This document shows, one piece after another, positions 17,482 to 25,912 of a DNA stretch of 54,614 nt. Position numbers and translations under genes: made by a program. The notes beneath the pieces are model-generated. The model did not search any database. It was not told the origin of the DNA and worked only from the letters and a program-made list of their open reading frames with translations. This DNA is from an uncultured Clostridium sp. (GTDB lineage: Bacteria; Bacillota; Clostridia; TANB77; CAG-508). Positions within the stretch are counted from its first letter, which is position 1. Each line of letters begins with the position of its first letter. The stretch is from contig USQA01000001.1 of assembly GCA_900556695.1 (NCBI GenBank), forward strand, positions 1 through 54,614. The letters are read 5' to 3'.

Positions 17482-18313
17482 TGAAATAAATGCTTTAAGC
17501 ATTATAGAAACAGTAGAAATAGATAATATAGCAAATACAATGGCAAAAATACAACAAATGCAAAATGTAGTGCAAAAAACATTAAAAAAAGGTCATGACT
17601 TTGGAGAAGTGCCAGGGACAAGCAAACCAACTTTATTAAAACCAGGCGGAGAAAAAATTTGTATGTTGTTTGGTTTAAATCCTGAGTATGAGTTTTTACA
17701 AACAACAGAAGATTATGACAAAGAATTTTTTAGTTATAACATTAGATGTACCTTATTCAGAAATAGACAACCAGTAGCACAAGGAGTAGGAAGTTGTAAC
17801 AGTAAAGAGAAGAAATATAGATTTGTAAATGTAGACACAATACCTGAAACATATATAGGGCAAAGTGAAGAATATACGGACAAATGCGGAAGAGTTAGAT
17901 ACAAAATTAATAATCCTGATATATGTAGCTTAGTAAATACGATATTAAAAATGGCAAAGAAAAGAGCTTTTATAGATGCAGTTTTACAAGTAGCTAGTTT
18001 AAGCGAAGTATTTACACAAGATATTGAAGATATGGGAGATTTTATGCAACAAGAACAAGACGCAACATTAACTATAGAACAAGCTAAAAATTTAAAATTA
18101 AGTTTTGGAAAATATAAAGGAACATCATTAATAGATTTAGTACACAAAGACAGCAATTATTGCGATTGGCTATACGGGAATGAAAAAACAGATCCAGTAA
18201 TAAAGAAAGCATTACAAATGATATTAGAAGATGCAAATAATCAAAGTTCACAAATGCCAAGTGAAGATGGAAATAAAGAAGATTATAAAGACCCGTTTGA
18301 AATAGTTGAGTAA
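17474..18313 (+). CDS. putative single-strand annealing/recombination protein with C-terminal DUF3820-like motif
   Basis: GGAGGA RBS then ATG 17474. KPTLLKPGGEKI motif. C-terminal FGKYKGTSLIDLV...YCDWL. Function is inferred. Confidence 0.4.
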   Translation: MNNEINALSIIETVEIDNIANTMAKIQQMQNVVQKTLKKGHDFGEVPGTSKPTLLKPGGEKICMLFGLNPEYEFLQTTEDYDKEFFSYNIRCTLFRNRQPVAQGVGSCNSKEKKYRFVNVDTIPETYIGQSEEYTDKCGRVRYKINNPDICSLVNTILKMAKKRAFIDAVLQVASLSEVFTQDIEDMGDFMQQEQDATLTIEQAKNLKLSFGKYKGTSLIDLVHKDSNYCDWLYGNEKTDPVIKKALQMILEDANNQSSQMPSEDGNKEDYKDPFEIVE

Positions 18314-18325
18314 GTAGGTGGTTAA

Positions 18326-18868
18326 ATGCAAACTACAGGAACATTAGAAGAAATAAACATAGATTATAAGACCGGAAAGCCCAAAATAAGCTTTTTAATA
18401 AACGATAAGGACAAGTTATCAGACATAGAACAATTAAAAGATTTAAAACTAAAAATTGAAGCAAAGAAATACATAAAAAAGAGAACAACTAATGCTAATA
18501 ATTATTTTTGGAAACTTTTGCAAGAAATATGTGAATTAGCAGATATAGATACAATTGAAGAATACAAAAGAAGAGTAAAAAAACTAGGAATATTCAGAAG
18601 ATTCAAGATAGAAAAAGACAATGTAAACACCTTTGAAAAAATGTGGACAGCACAAGGAATAGCTTGGTTTAGTGAAATAGCAGACACAGAGTATATAGGA
18701 GATACAGAATTTAAAATAATAAATGCTTATTATGGTTCTAGTTCTTTTAATTCAAAACAAATGGCAAGACTTATAGATGGAGTGGTACAAGACTGCAAAG
18801 TTTATGGAATAGAAACAAAATCACAAAAGGAAATAGATAGTTTGTTAGAAAGTTGGGATAAGAAATGA
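18326..18868 (+). CDS. hypothetical early phage protein (NinB/HNHc-like, uncertain)
   Basis: 180-aa ORF in the recombination module. Confidence 0.35.
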   Translation: MQTTGTLEEINIDYKTGKPKISFLINDKDKLSDIEQLKDLKLKIEAKKYIKKRTTNANNYFWKLLQEICELADIDTIEEYKRRVKKLGIFRRFKIEKDNVNTFEKMWTAQGIAWFSEIADTEYIGDTEFKIINAYYGSSSFNSKQMARLIDGVVQDCKVYGIETKSQKEIDSLLESWDKK

Positions 18869-19242
18869 TAGTAACAGATTTAAGTAATAGTTTTAATCCT
18901 TACCCAAAAATCACAGAGAAAAGTCAGAAGAAAGATAAAAATAAAAACGAAGAGGAATTTTGCATCATGCCAAAAAGTACATTATACAGCACAAAAAGAA
19001 CAGATATATATTGCGAAAGGCACGAGGTTTATTTTTCAAAGGCTTATAGACATAAGAGCATAAATGATGGCTTGATAGTATTTTTAACCAAAGAAAGCCA
19101 TCGTGGTACAAATGGAGTACATGGCAAAAATGGAGACAAGCTTAACAGACAATTAAAGAAATTAGCACAAAAAGCTTGGTGCAAATATTACAACAAAACG
19201 AAAGAAGAATTTATTAGAGAATATGGAAAAGCAAACAACTAG
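18865..19242 (+). CDS. hypothetical early phage protein (His/Cys-containing, nuclease-like, uncertain)
   Basis: 125-aa ORF with an overlapping start. CERHEV...HRGTNGVH pattern. Confidence 0.35.
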   Translation: MIVTDLSNSFNPYPKITEKSQKKDKNKNEEEFCIMPKSTLYSTKRTDIYCERHEVYFSKAYRHKSINDGLIVFLTKESHRGTNGVHGKNGDKLNRQLKKLAQKAWCKYYNKTKEEFIREYGKANN

Positions 19243-19291
19243 GGTAATGACAAAATATCATTACCCTTTATTTTACGAAAAGGTGGGAGAT

Positions 19292-19858
19292 ATGGAAAAT
19301 ACAAGTTATATAAAATTATTTAGAAAATTATTAAATTCTCCCATATTTGAGAATGAAAAAGCATTGAAAATTTGGATATGGTGTCTACTAAAAGCAACAC
19401 ATAAAGAAAGAGAACAATTAGTAGGACAAAGAATAGTAAGTTTGAAAAAAGGAGAATTTGTATTTGGAAGAAAGCAAGCATCAGGAGAATTAAAAATGAC
19501 AGAAAGTACAATTTACAAATACATAAAACTATTAGAAAAATTACAGATGATTAGCATAAAAAGTAACAACAAATTTTCAATTGTAAGTATTGAAAAATGG
19601 GAAGATTACCAAATAGAAGAATTAAAAAATAACAACAAAATAACAACAAAAGAACAACAAAGTAACACAAACAAGAATGTAAAGAATATATATTTATTTT
19701 TATTTAATAAATATAAAAAGCAAATCGAAGAACAACCAAAAAGAACAATTCAAATAATAGGAGAATTAAAAAAATGCTCTGATTATGAACTACTAACAAT
19801 AGAAGAACAAGACAAGTTGTTTTACGATTTAATGAATCCAGAAAAAAGGAGTGATTAA
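19292..19858 (+). CDS. phage replisome organizer / replication initiation protein (wHTH N-terminus)
   Basis: AAGGTGGG RBS then ATG 19292. MENTSYIKLFRKLLNSPIFENEKALKIWIWCLLKA is the typical N-terminus of Firmicute phage replication organizers. Confidence 0.6.
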   Translation: MENTSYIKLFRKLLNSPIFENEKALKIWIWCLLKATHKEREQLVGQRIVSLKKGEFVFGRKQASGELKMTESTIYKYIKLLEKLQMISIKSNNKFSIVSIEKWEDYQIEELKNNNKITTKEQQSNTNKNVKNIYLFLFNKYKKQIEEQPKRTIQIIGELKKCSDYELLTIEEQDKLFYDLMNPEKRSD

Positions 19859-19861
19859 CAA

Positions 19862-20197
19862 ATGAATACAATAACATTCAAAACAAGACATAAAAGTTAT
19901 GAAGATATGAAAGAGCATTTAAGCGAAAGACATAAACAAATATTAGAAATATTAAAAAATAAAGAAATGACAACAAGAGAAATAGCACAAGAATTATATA
20001 AAAGGCATTATACAAATACAGCAGATGTTAATAATGCTAGACCAAGAATAACGGAGCTTGAGAGTTTAGGATTTGTAACAACTGACAAAACAAAGAAATG
20101 TAGTATTACAAACAAAGAAGTTGCAGTATATAGAGAAACAACAGAAAATGAGAAGATGATTGAACAAAATATGAACCATATTCCAGGATTGGACTAG
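19862..20197 (+). CDS. winged-helix (MarR-like) DNA-binding protein
   Basis: 111 aa. ILEILKNKEMTTREIAQELYK wHTH. Confidence 0.5.
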   Translation: MNTITFKTRHKSYEDMKEHLSERHKQILEILKNKEMTTREIAQELYKRHYTNTADVNNARPRITELESLGFVTTDKTKKCSITNKEVAVYRETTENEKMIEQNMNHIPGLD

Positions 20198-20200
20198 CCT

Positions 20201-20367
20201 ATGAAATACAATTATCCACCGTTAGAACGGTAAATGTGTAAAATGTGGTCGGATGTATAAGATTAGAAGAACTAAATTTTAGAGGTACAAATGACTGTGA
20301 TTATGCAGAAGACCATATAAAAGAAATAAAGAAAATTTTAAGAATAGGAGAGCAGATAGAGATATGA
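20201..20367 (+). CDS. possible small CxxC protein requiring two +1 shifts at CGG codons
   Basis: ATG 20201. In-frame CGG at 20228-20230 is followed by TAA; the +1 frame has another in-frame CGG at 20250-20252. The doubly shifted frame gives MKYNYPPLE-G-KCVKCG-G-CIRLEELNFRG... and ends in TGA 20365-20367, forming an ATGA overlap with the methylase start. Confidence 0.3.
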
Positions 20368-21204
20368 AATTTGAAGATATGCTGAATACAGTCATATTAG
20401 GCAATAGTTACGAAATTATAAAAGATATTCCAGATAATTCAATAGATTTAATTGTCACAGATCCACCATATGAATATACGACCGGAGGAGGAGCAGGATG
20501 TTTTGAAACTAAAAAAAGAAAATATCATAATGAATATTACAAAGTAGCAACAAACACAAATTTATTGCAAAAGACTAAAGAGTATAAAAATGAAGGACAA
20601 AAAAGAGTTTGGAAAAATAAGAAAAAATCAAGGGAAGAAATAAAACATATAAGTAGTGGATTTGATTTAGAATTATTAAATGAACTAGATAGAACAATGA
20701 AAAAAATAAACATTTATATATGGTGCAGTAAACATCAAGTGGAACCATTATTAAAACATTATTTAGAAAAAAAATGTAATATAGAAATATTAACGTGGCA
20801 TAAAACCAATCCATTGCCTACAATGAATAATACATATGCAAATGATACAGAATATTGTATTTTTGCAAGAGAAAGTGGAGTACAACTAAATGGAGATTAT
20901 GAAACAAAAAGAAAATATTATGTCACGAATATTAATAAAAGCGATAAAGATAAATTTAAACATCCTACAATAAAACCGATAAATATAATAAAAAATTTAA
21001 TTATAAATTCAAGCAATAAAGGTGATATAGTACTAGATTGTTTTAGTCGGAAGTGGAACAACATGTGTAGCAGCAAAAGAACTAAACAGGCAATTTATAG
21101 GCATAGAAATAGATCCTGAATATTACAAAATTAGTTTAGATAGGATTAATGGAATATTGGCAAATGGACAAATAAGTTTTTATACAGATATAAATAAAAT
21201 TTAG
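20364..21204 (+). CDS. beta-class N6-A/N4-C DNA methyltransferase, reading frame interrupted at an in-frame CGG (21048-21050)
   Basis: DLIVTDPPY (motif IV) is N-terminal. Frame 0 reads ...VLDCFS-R-KWNN...stop. Skipping C21048 gives [32 protein letters not shown] (motif I FxGxG), open to TAG 21202-21204. Confidence 0.8.
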
Positions 21205-21214
21205 GAGGCAAAAG

Positions 21215-21544
21215 ATGAACAAATACAGAAACAAGAAAGTAATAGTAGATGATTATATCTTTGATAGTATTCAAGAAAGCAGAAGATATAAAGAATTAAA
21301 ACTATTAATGAAATCAGGAGAGATAAGTAATTTGGAATTACAGCCACGATTTCTACTACAAGATAGTTTTAAAAAGAATGGTAGAACATTTAGAAAGATA
21401 GAATATGTTGCGGATTTCAAATACATAGAAAAAGGTAAAACAATAGTTGAAGATGTAAAAGGAATGCAGACAGATGTATTCAAATTAAAACATAAAATAT
21501 TTGAGAAAGTTTATCCAAATTTGGAATTAAGAATTATTAAGTAA
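21215..21544 (+). CDS. DUF1064-family phage protein (resolvase/nuclease-like)
   Basis: MNKYRNKKVIVDDYIFDSIQESRRYKELKLL matches the DUF1064 N-terminal signature as I recall it. Confidence 0.55.
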   Translation: MNKYRNKKVIVDDYIFDSIQESRRYKELKLLMKSGEISNLELQPRFLLQDSFKKNGRTFRKIEYVADFKYIEKGKTIVEDVKGMQTDVFKLKHKIFEKVYPNLELRIIK

Positions 21545-21567
21545 AAGGGGTAAAAAAAGGTAAACAT

Positions 21568-21948
21568 ATGGAACAACAAATTAATTTATTCAGTGAAATA
21601 AAGTTAAAAAGAGATAAAGATGTTTATGCTTCAATAGAAGCAATAGTAGATGAATATGGAATAGATAGATATTATAAAAAATTCTTAACTAATAGAACAT
21701 ATAATTTTCATGAAATAGAAAATAAGTTATATAGATTACCTAATTATGATAGATATTTAAATAAATTATATGAAGAATTAAAAAAATATTTTAAAGAAGT
21801 AGATGATGATTATAATGTTGGGAAAATAGGGATTGCTAAGCGAGAAAAAATAATAATTCTTTATTCTAAAAGAAGTGTTGGTCCAACGTACTGTTTATCA
21901 ATGCTAAAGAAATTCATAAAAGAAAATTTAAAAGTAGGAGGAGAATAG
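21568..21948 (+). CDS. hypothetical phage protein
   Basis: 126-aa ORF in the co-directional early operon. Confidence 0.45.
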   Translation: MEQQINLFSEIKLKRDKDVYASIEAIVDEYGIDRYYKKFLTNRTYNFHEIENKLYRLPNYDRYLNKLYEELKKYFKEVDDDYNVGKIGIAKREKIIILYSKRSVGPTYCLSMLKKFIKENLKVGGE

Positions 21949-21950
21949 AT

Positions 21951-22082
21951 ATGTCAGAAACAATATTTTATATATTAATAGCAACAATAATAGCTTTAGC
22001 AATAGCAATAATATTAATGAGTGTATATTATACAGAAAAGTTAGAAAAAGCCTACACGAAAAGGTGGTGGGATAATGCCTAA
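21951..22082 (+). CDS. small membrane peptide (43 aa)
   Basis: GGAGGAG RBS then ATG 21951. MSETIFYILIATIIALAIAIILMSVYY... Overlaps the next start. Confidence 0.45.
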   Translation: MSETIFYILIATIIALAIAIILMSVYYTEKLEKAYTKRWWDNA

Positions 22083-22311
22083 AATAAGAGATGATGTAGA
22101 TTTAAAGGAACTTGAAACAATATGGAAATTTAAATATTTTGATAATTCGGGGCAATATAAATTTACTGAAAGAAATATTGATGGTGCAACTTATATTTAT
22201 ATAAATGCATGGAATAGGAAGATTGTGTATAGACAAGAAAGAGAAAACGATAATATGTGCTTAGAAAAATTATACGACTTAATCAAAGCAAATTTAGTAG
22301 TAAAGGAGTAA
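22075..22311 (+). CDS. hypothetical phage protein
   Basis: 78-aa ORF after a GGTGGTGGG RBS. Confidence 0.45.
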   Translation: MPKIRDDVDLKELETIWKFKYFDNSGQYKFTERNIDGATYIYINAWNRKIVYRQERENDNMCLEKLYDLIKANLVVKE

Positions 22312-22318
22312 ATAAGAT

Positions 22319-22597
22319 ATGGAACATAATTGTTATATAGGAGAATGGTTAGATTATGAAAAAGCTGAATTAGTAACATACGATGATTTAAAAGAAAAGA
22401 TAAAAAGTAATAATGAAACATTTGAATATGGATTAAGCACATATGGAGAATATTTTGTAAATGGGCTTATAAAAAAATTAAAATTAAAAGATTACTTTGA
22501 TAAAAGAAAAAATACTAATTTTAATAGATTCAATTATTGTCCATATTGTGGAGAAAAAATAAATTGGAAGGAATTAAAGGAGAGGAGTAATACATAA
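22319..22597 (+). CDS. hypothetical phage protein with C-terminal zinc-ribbon motif
   Basis: 92 aa with YCPYCGEKI near the C-terminus. Confidence 0.45.
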   Translation: MEHNCYIGEWLDYEKAELVTYDDLKEKIKSNNETFEYGLSTYGEYFVNGLIKKLKLKDYFDKRKNTNFNRFNYCPYCGEKINWKELKERSNT

Positions 22598-22974
22598 TGA
22601 AAGAAAAAACAGCAGATGAGATAGAAGATAAAAAAATAAAAATACAAATATTAGCAGATAGATTAACACCGCTATTGCAATTAGTTGATGGCTTCATGGA
22701 AAGTTTAACTGATGAAGATTATGAATTACTAAAAGAAACTAAAGATTGTTTGCAAGATAAAATAAATTATGGGAATAGTGCTTCTGTTGTAATAATGGCG
22801 TTAGGTGGAAATTATAACGATACAGAAGATAGAATGAAAATAAAGACATTAGATTGTTTAATAGATTTATTAAACAGTAGAAAAGAATATAAAGAAGCGT
22901 TATTAAAACAACAAGAAGAACAAAAAAACAGGCAAGAGGCTATCAATGTATTTAGAGCAATGGGAATGTTTTAG
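22597..22974 (+). CDS. hypothetical phage protein
   Basis: 125-aa ORF with an ATGA-type overlap with the upstream gene. Confidence 0.45.
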   Translation: MKEKTADEIEDKKIKIQILADRLTPLLQLVDGFMESLTDEDYELLKETKDCLQDKINYGNSASVVIMALGGNYNDTEDRMKIKTLDCLIDLLNSRKEYKEALLKQQEEQKNRQEAINVFRAMGMF

Positions 22975-22986
22975 GAGGTGTTTTTA

Positions 22987-23262
22987 GTGGAGAAAAAAAT
23001 AAATAAAAGAACAACTAAAGATAGTATTGAATATTTGGAACTACAATGTATTGTTAATAATAGAATACATGATTATATTTCAAAGTATCATAATTACCCT
23101 AAATACATCAAATTACCTTTATGGATATTTGACTGTTTAAAACAAACAATGTGTGAAGTAGACTTAAAAATAGATTATAAAACAGAAGAATTTAAATTTT
23201 TTAATTTAAAAGTTTGTGAAACAGTTAGTATAGAAAAACCAGAAGAAATCGAGGTGTTTTAA
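22987..23262 (+). CDS. hypothetical phage protein
   Basis: AGGAGGT RBS 7 nt before GTG 22987. The track start at 22978 lies inside the RBS. Confidence 0.4.
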   Translation: MEKKINKRTTKDSIEYLELQCIVNNRIHDYISKYHNYPKYIKLPLWIFDCLKQTMCEVDLKIDYKTEEFKFFNLKVCETVSIEKPEEIEVF

Positions 23263-23541
23263 GTGAAAGAAAATAGTATAAAAGAATTTGAAATAAAATC
23301 AGTTGAAAGAATACCACATAAATTAAAACAAGGGATACTTTATGTCTGTTTAGAATGTCAAGTAGCAGTTCATTTATGTGCTTGTGGTTGTGGAGAAAAA
23401 ACAGTAACACCATTAGGAATGAATGGATGGACTTTAAATTTTAGAGATGGCGAATTAAGTTTAAACCCAAGCATAGGAAATTTTAATATTCCATGTAAAT
23501 CACATTATTTTATAATGAATAATAAGGTTAGGTGGTGCTAA
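23263..23541 (+). CDS. Cys-rich phage protein (DUF6527-like)
   Basis: GTG start after GAGGTG. CLECQVAVHLCACGCGEK...NPSIGNF.IPCKSHYFI pattern. Confidence 0.45.
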   Translation: MKENSIKEFEIKSVERIPHKLKQGILYVCLECQVAVHLCACGCGEKTVTPLGMNGWTLNFRDGELSLNPSIGNFNIPCKSHYFIMNNKVRWC

Positions 23542-23542
23542 T

Positions 23543-23944
23543 ATGAGAAATAGTATAGAAGAAGATATAAAAATATTAGAAACGTTAGATTATTTACTTG
23601 ACGATGTGTACAGTACAAACTTAGTTAATGATGAGGAAAGAAACAAATATCAATACGCAATAGAACATATTTTATCAGATTATAAAAGAGTATTAAAAGA
23701 GAATGAAGAATTAAATTTGAAGTATTATATGTTATATACTGGGAAAATTGAAAATCTGAAAGCACAAGAAGTTAAAATAAAAAGTCAAGTTATTCCAATT
23801 CAAAAAGTAAAAGACAAGATAGAAGAATACAAGAAAATGTTATTAAGTTGTAATAGATTTTCAGATGTAGACAGAATAAAAGCAATTAATGAAAGAATAT
23901 TAGAACTAGAAGAACTACTAGAAGGGAGAAAACAAAATGTGTAA
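23543..23944 (+). CDS. coiled-coil hypothetical phage protein
   Basis: 133-aa ORF. Confidence 0.45.
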   Translation: MRNSIEEDIKILETLDYLLDDVYSTNLVNDEERNKYQYAIEHILSDYKRVLKENEELNLKYYMLYTGKIENLKAQEVKIKSQVIPIQKVKDKIEEYKKMLLSCNRFSDVDRIKAINERILELEELLEGRKQNV

Positions 23945-24176
23945 GTGTTGTGAAGAAATTGAGTTCTGGAAGAAACATCAACTTGATACATCAAGATTCA
24001 AAGAAAAATTTTTTGCGAAAATTAGTGTGTATACTTGGAAAAAAGAGCAAAGAGCTGCTAAAGGAAAAGAAATTTCTATTATAACATCAAAAGCATATAA
24101 TCTAAAATACTGCCCAGAATGCGGAAAGAGAATTAAACGATATTTTAAAAATAAATCAAAAGAAAATCCCCACTAA
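23937..24176 (+). CDS. hypothetical phage protein with zinc-ribbon motif
   Basis: 79 aa with CKCCEE...CPECGKRIK. Confidence 0.45.
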   Translation: MCKCCEEIEFWKKHQLDTSRFKEKFFAKISVYTWKKEQRAAKGKEISIITSKAYNLKYCPECGKRIKRYFKNKSKENPH

Positions 24177-24189
24177 AGTTCAGCGGGGA
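24160..24189 (-). terminator. terminator hairpin serving the minus-strand small gene
   Basis: TCCCCaC / GcGGGGA stem. On the minus strand it is followed by ATTTTCTTTT. Confidence 0.5.
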
Positions 24190-24195
24190 GAAGAC

Positions 24196-24351
24196 TTAAT
24201 TAGAAGAGCTATGTTTACGTTCAGCCATTTTTCTTAATTCAATTTGAAGAGAAATGTCTGAATACAATTCTCTAATTTTCTTTTGAGCTTCTTCAAGTTC
24301 TTCTAAAGTCATGTTTTTGGTATCGATTTCAACACCAAAATAATTTTTCAT
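24196..24351 (-). CDS. small helical protein (51 aa) on the reverse strand with its own promoter
   Basis: AGGAGGT RBS then ATG 24351. MKNYFGVEIDTKNMTLEELEEAQKKIRELYSDISLQIELRKMAERKHSSSN. Minus-strand promoter TTGCAT-17-TATAAT with a TG extension lies in 24352-24432. Confidence 0.55.
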   Translation of the reverse strand: MKNYFGVEIDTKNMTLEELEEAQKKIRELYSDISLQIELRKMAERKHSSSN

Positions 24352-24432
24352 ACAGTATACCTCCTAAGATGTTTATAAAAAAATTATAACATATTTTACA
24401 TAAAAATGCAAAAACTATACAAGAGGTGTAGT

Positions 24433-24636
24433 ATGCAAAATAAAGAAATATTAGATAAGTGGAAACAAGGTTTAAGTAAAAATCAGTTAGCAGCAATGTA
24501 TAAAAGACAATACAATCAAGAAATAAGAATAATAAGAGCAGAAGTAAGAAACAGACACAGCGGAAGATACATAAGCAATTATGAAGCATTAGCTTATGTA
24601 GAAAGAGTAATATATGAGTATTTAAAAAGGAAGTGA
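24433..24636 (+). CDS. small HTH regulatory protein
   Basis: GAGGTG RBS then ATG 24433. WKQGLSKNQLAAMYKRQYN HTH-like segment. First gene of the late-regulatory unit. Confidence 0.45.
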   Translation: MQNKEILDKWKQGLSKNQLAAMYKRQYNQEIRIIRAEVRNRHSGRYISNYEALAYVERVIYEYLKRK

Positions 24637-24641
24637 CACAA

Positions 24642-24812
24642 ATGACAATAGAAAATATAAAAAAACAAATTAAAAAAGCAATGAAAACATTAGAAACAAT
24701 AAATACAACAGACTATCACAAAAGAGAATATAATCAAATGCAAATAAATAAAGCATACAATATTTTAGATAAATTAAATAGTGAATTAAAAAAAGGAGGT
24801 ACAAATGAATAA
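24642..24812 (+). CDS. small hypothetical protein (56 aa)
   Basis: ATG 24642. Open frame ends at TAA 24810-24812, overlapping the next start. Confidence 0.35.
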   Translation: MTIENIKKQIKKAMKTLETINTTDYHKREYNQMQINKAYNILDKLNSELKKGGTNE

Positions 24813-25368
24813 TTACATAAAAGAAGATGTTGAGAAAATGCTAAGAGAGCATAAAGAGAATGAATCTAAATTGACAGAAATAGATTTAAAAACAGAAGAA
24901 TATCAGCAAAGATTAGAATATGCAGGAACAGTATATGAAGACACAGAGAAAGAAGTTATAGAAAATATGCAAATAGCAGGACAAAGTTATGATAGCATAC
25001 ATAGTAATACAAATAAAATATCTGACAAAGTATTAAATACAGCCATAAACTATAAAAAAGAATTAAATTATATAAATAAAGAAGACAGAGAATATTTAAC
25101 GAGCAAATTAGAAGAATTAAATAAAAAGAAAATGCAATTAAATAAAATAGTAGTAAGAGTTAAAAATATGATGAATCCATTAACTCAAGAAGAAAGATTT
25201 GTTATAGAAACGTATTATATGAATAAAGCAAAATGGGATTATGTTGAAAAAGCATATTTTAATGAATTTGAAAAATACAAAAGCATTAAGCAACTACAAA
25301 CTTATAGAGATAATGCTATAAAAAGTATGTTAAAGATAATAAACATTGGACTAGACAGTAAAGTCTAA
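24805..25368 (+). CDS. putative late-gene transcriptional activator (sigma-70 region-4-like / ArpU-RinA-like)
   Basis: 187 aa. C-terminal LTQEERFVIETYYMNKAKWDYV...QLQTYRDNAIKSM resembles region 4 of ECF-like phage regulators. Lies just upstream of the packaging module. Confidence 0.5.
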   Translation: MNNYIKEDVEKMLREHKENESKLTEIDLKTEEYQQRLEYAGTVYEDTEKEVIENMQIAGQSYDSIHSNTNKISDKVLNTAINYKKELNYINKEDREYLTSKLEELNKKKMQLNKIVVRVKNMMNPLTQEERFVIETYYMNKAKWDYVEKAYFNEFEKYKSIKQLQTYRDNAIKSMLKIINIGLDSKV

Positions 25369-25372
25369 AAAC

Positions 25373-25395
25373 TTCGCTAAAATTTCGTTAAAACT
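25373..25395 (+). promoter_or_regulatory. tandem TTCGNNAAA motif, copy 1 (candidate late-regulator site)
   Basis: TTCGCTAAAATTTCGTTAAAACT, followed about 25 nt later by TATAATTATAAT. Related copies lie at 26541 and 37391. Confidence 0.45.
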
Positions 25396-25449
25396 TCCTT
25401 TCAATTTCGTTTTGGAAGTACTATAATTATAATAGAAAAAGTAGGCAGA

Positions 25450-25492
25450 GAAAAGAGCAAGCACAAGCCCCCTTTTGTATTTGCTCTTTTAA
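25450..25492 (+). terminator. hairpin / terminator-like element
   Basis: AAAAGAGCAA / TTGCTCTTTT 10-bp stem with a 20-nt loop. Confidence 0.35.
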
Positions 25493-25494
25493 AT

Positions 25495-25523
25495 TTGAAA
25501 AATTAACATAAAAATGGTATAAT
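25495..25523 (+). promoter_or_regulatory. promoter with extended -10
   Basis: TTGAAA, 17-nt spacer, TATAAT preceded by TGg. Confidence 0.5.
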
Positions 25524-25570
25524 TGTAATAGAAATGTAATAAAAATGTAATAATAGTGCGATGTAAAAGG

Positions 25571-25599
25571 TTGACAATACACGAAAACTCTAGTATAAT
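25571..25599 (+). promoter_or_regulatory. consensus sigma-A promoter of the candidate antitoxin sRNA
   Basis: TTGACA, 17-nt spacer, TATAAT. Confidence 0.65.
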
Positions 25600-25605
25600 A
25601 CTAAT

Positions 25606-25722
25606 ACAGATTTAGAAAAGAGATATTTATCATTTGTTATCACTCCTTTCAATCTGTAAGAAACTTTAGAATATTAAAGAAGAACAAAAAGTACTAGGGA
25701 ATGCAATCTCTAGTATTTTTTT
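25606..25722 (+). ncRNA. candidate antitoxin sRNA (about 115 nt)
   Basis: Starts after the consensus promoter. Ends at a 9-bp hairpin TACTAGGGA/TCTCTAGTA plus T7 (25692-25722). Carries AAGAAACTTTAGAATATT (25658-25675), identical to 25812-25829 and therefore complementary to codons 3-8 of the convergent toxin mRNA. Confidence 0.5.
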
Positions 25723-25723
25723 A

Positions 25724-25752
25724 CAAAAAAAGCAACCCTGCAAAGCAGGGCG
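25724..25752 (-). terminator. intrinsic terminator of the candidate toxin mRNA
   Basis: Minus strand reads GCCCTGC TTT GCAGGGT TGC TTTTTTT. It converges on the sRNA terminator. Confidence 0.6.
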
Positions 25753-25769
25753 CCGAAGAATGTTATGTA

Positions 25770-25835
25770 CTAATCAAACATCTTAATGATGTATGCAATA
25801 ATGACTAGTACAAGAAACTTTAGAATATTGTTCAT
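25770..25835 (-). CDS. candidate type I toxin, 21-aa hydrophobic peptide
   Basis: AAGGTGGTG RBS then ATG 25835. MNNILKFLVLVIIAYIIKMFD. The 5' UTR contains ACCTCCTT, which can pair with the RBS. Confidence 0.5.
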   Translation of the reverse strand: MNNILKFLVLVIIAYIIKMFD

Positions 25836-25883
25836 TTTTTCACCACCTTTCTCAAGGAGGTAAAAATATGGAAGAACAAAAAC

Positions 25884-25912
25884 ATTATACAACGACTCAG
25901 ACAAATAATCAA
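25884..25912 (-). promoter_or_regulatory. promoter of the candidate toxin mRNA
   Basis: Minus strand has TTGATT, 17-nt spacer, TATAAT. Confidence 0.5.

Noticed and set aside
25500-25560. Short repeats AATGTAATA / TTGTAATAG that might suggest a repeat array.
   Set aside because: The units are too short and irregular, with no spacer structure, so this is not a CRISPR array. They are probably low-complexity AT-rich sequence or minor regulator sites.
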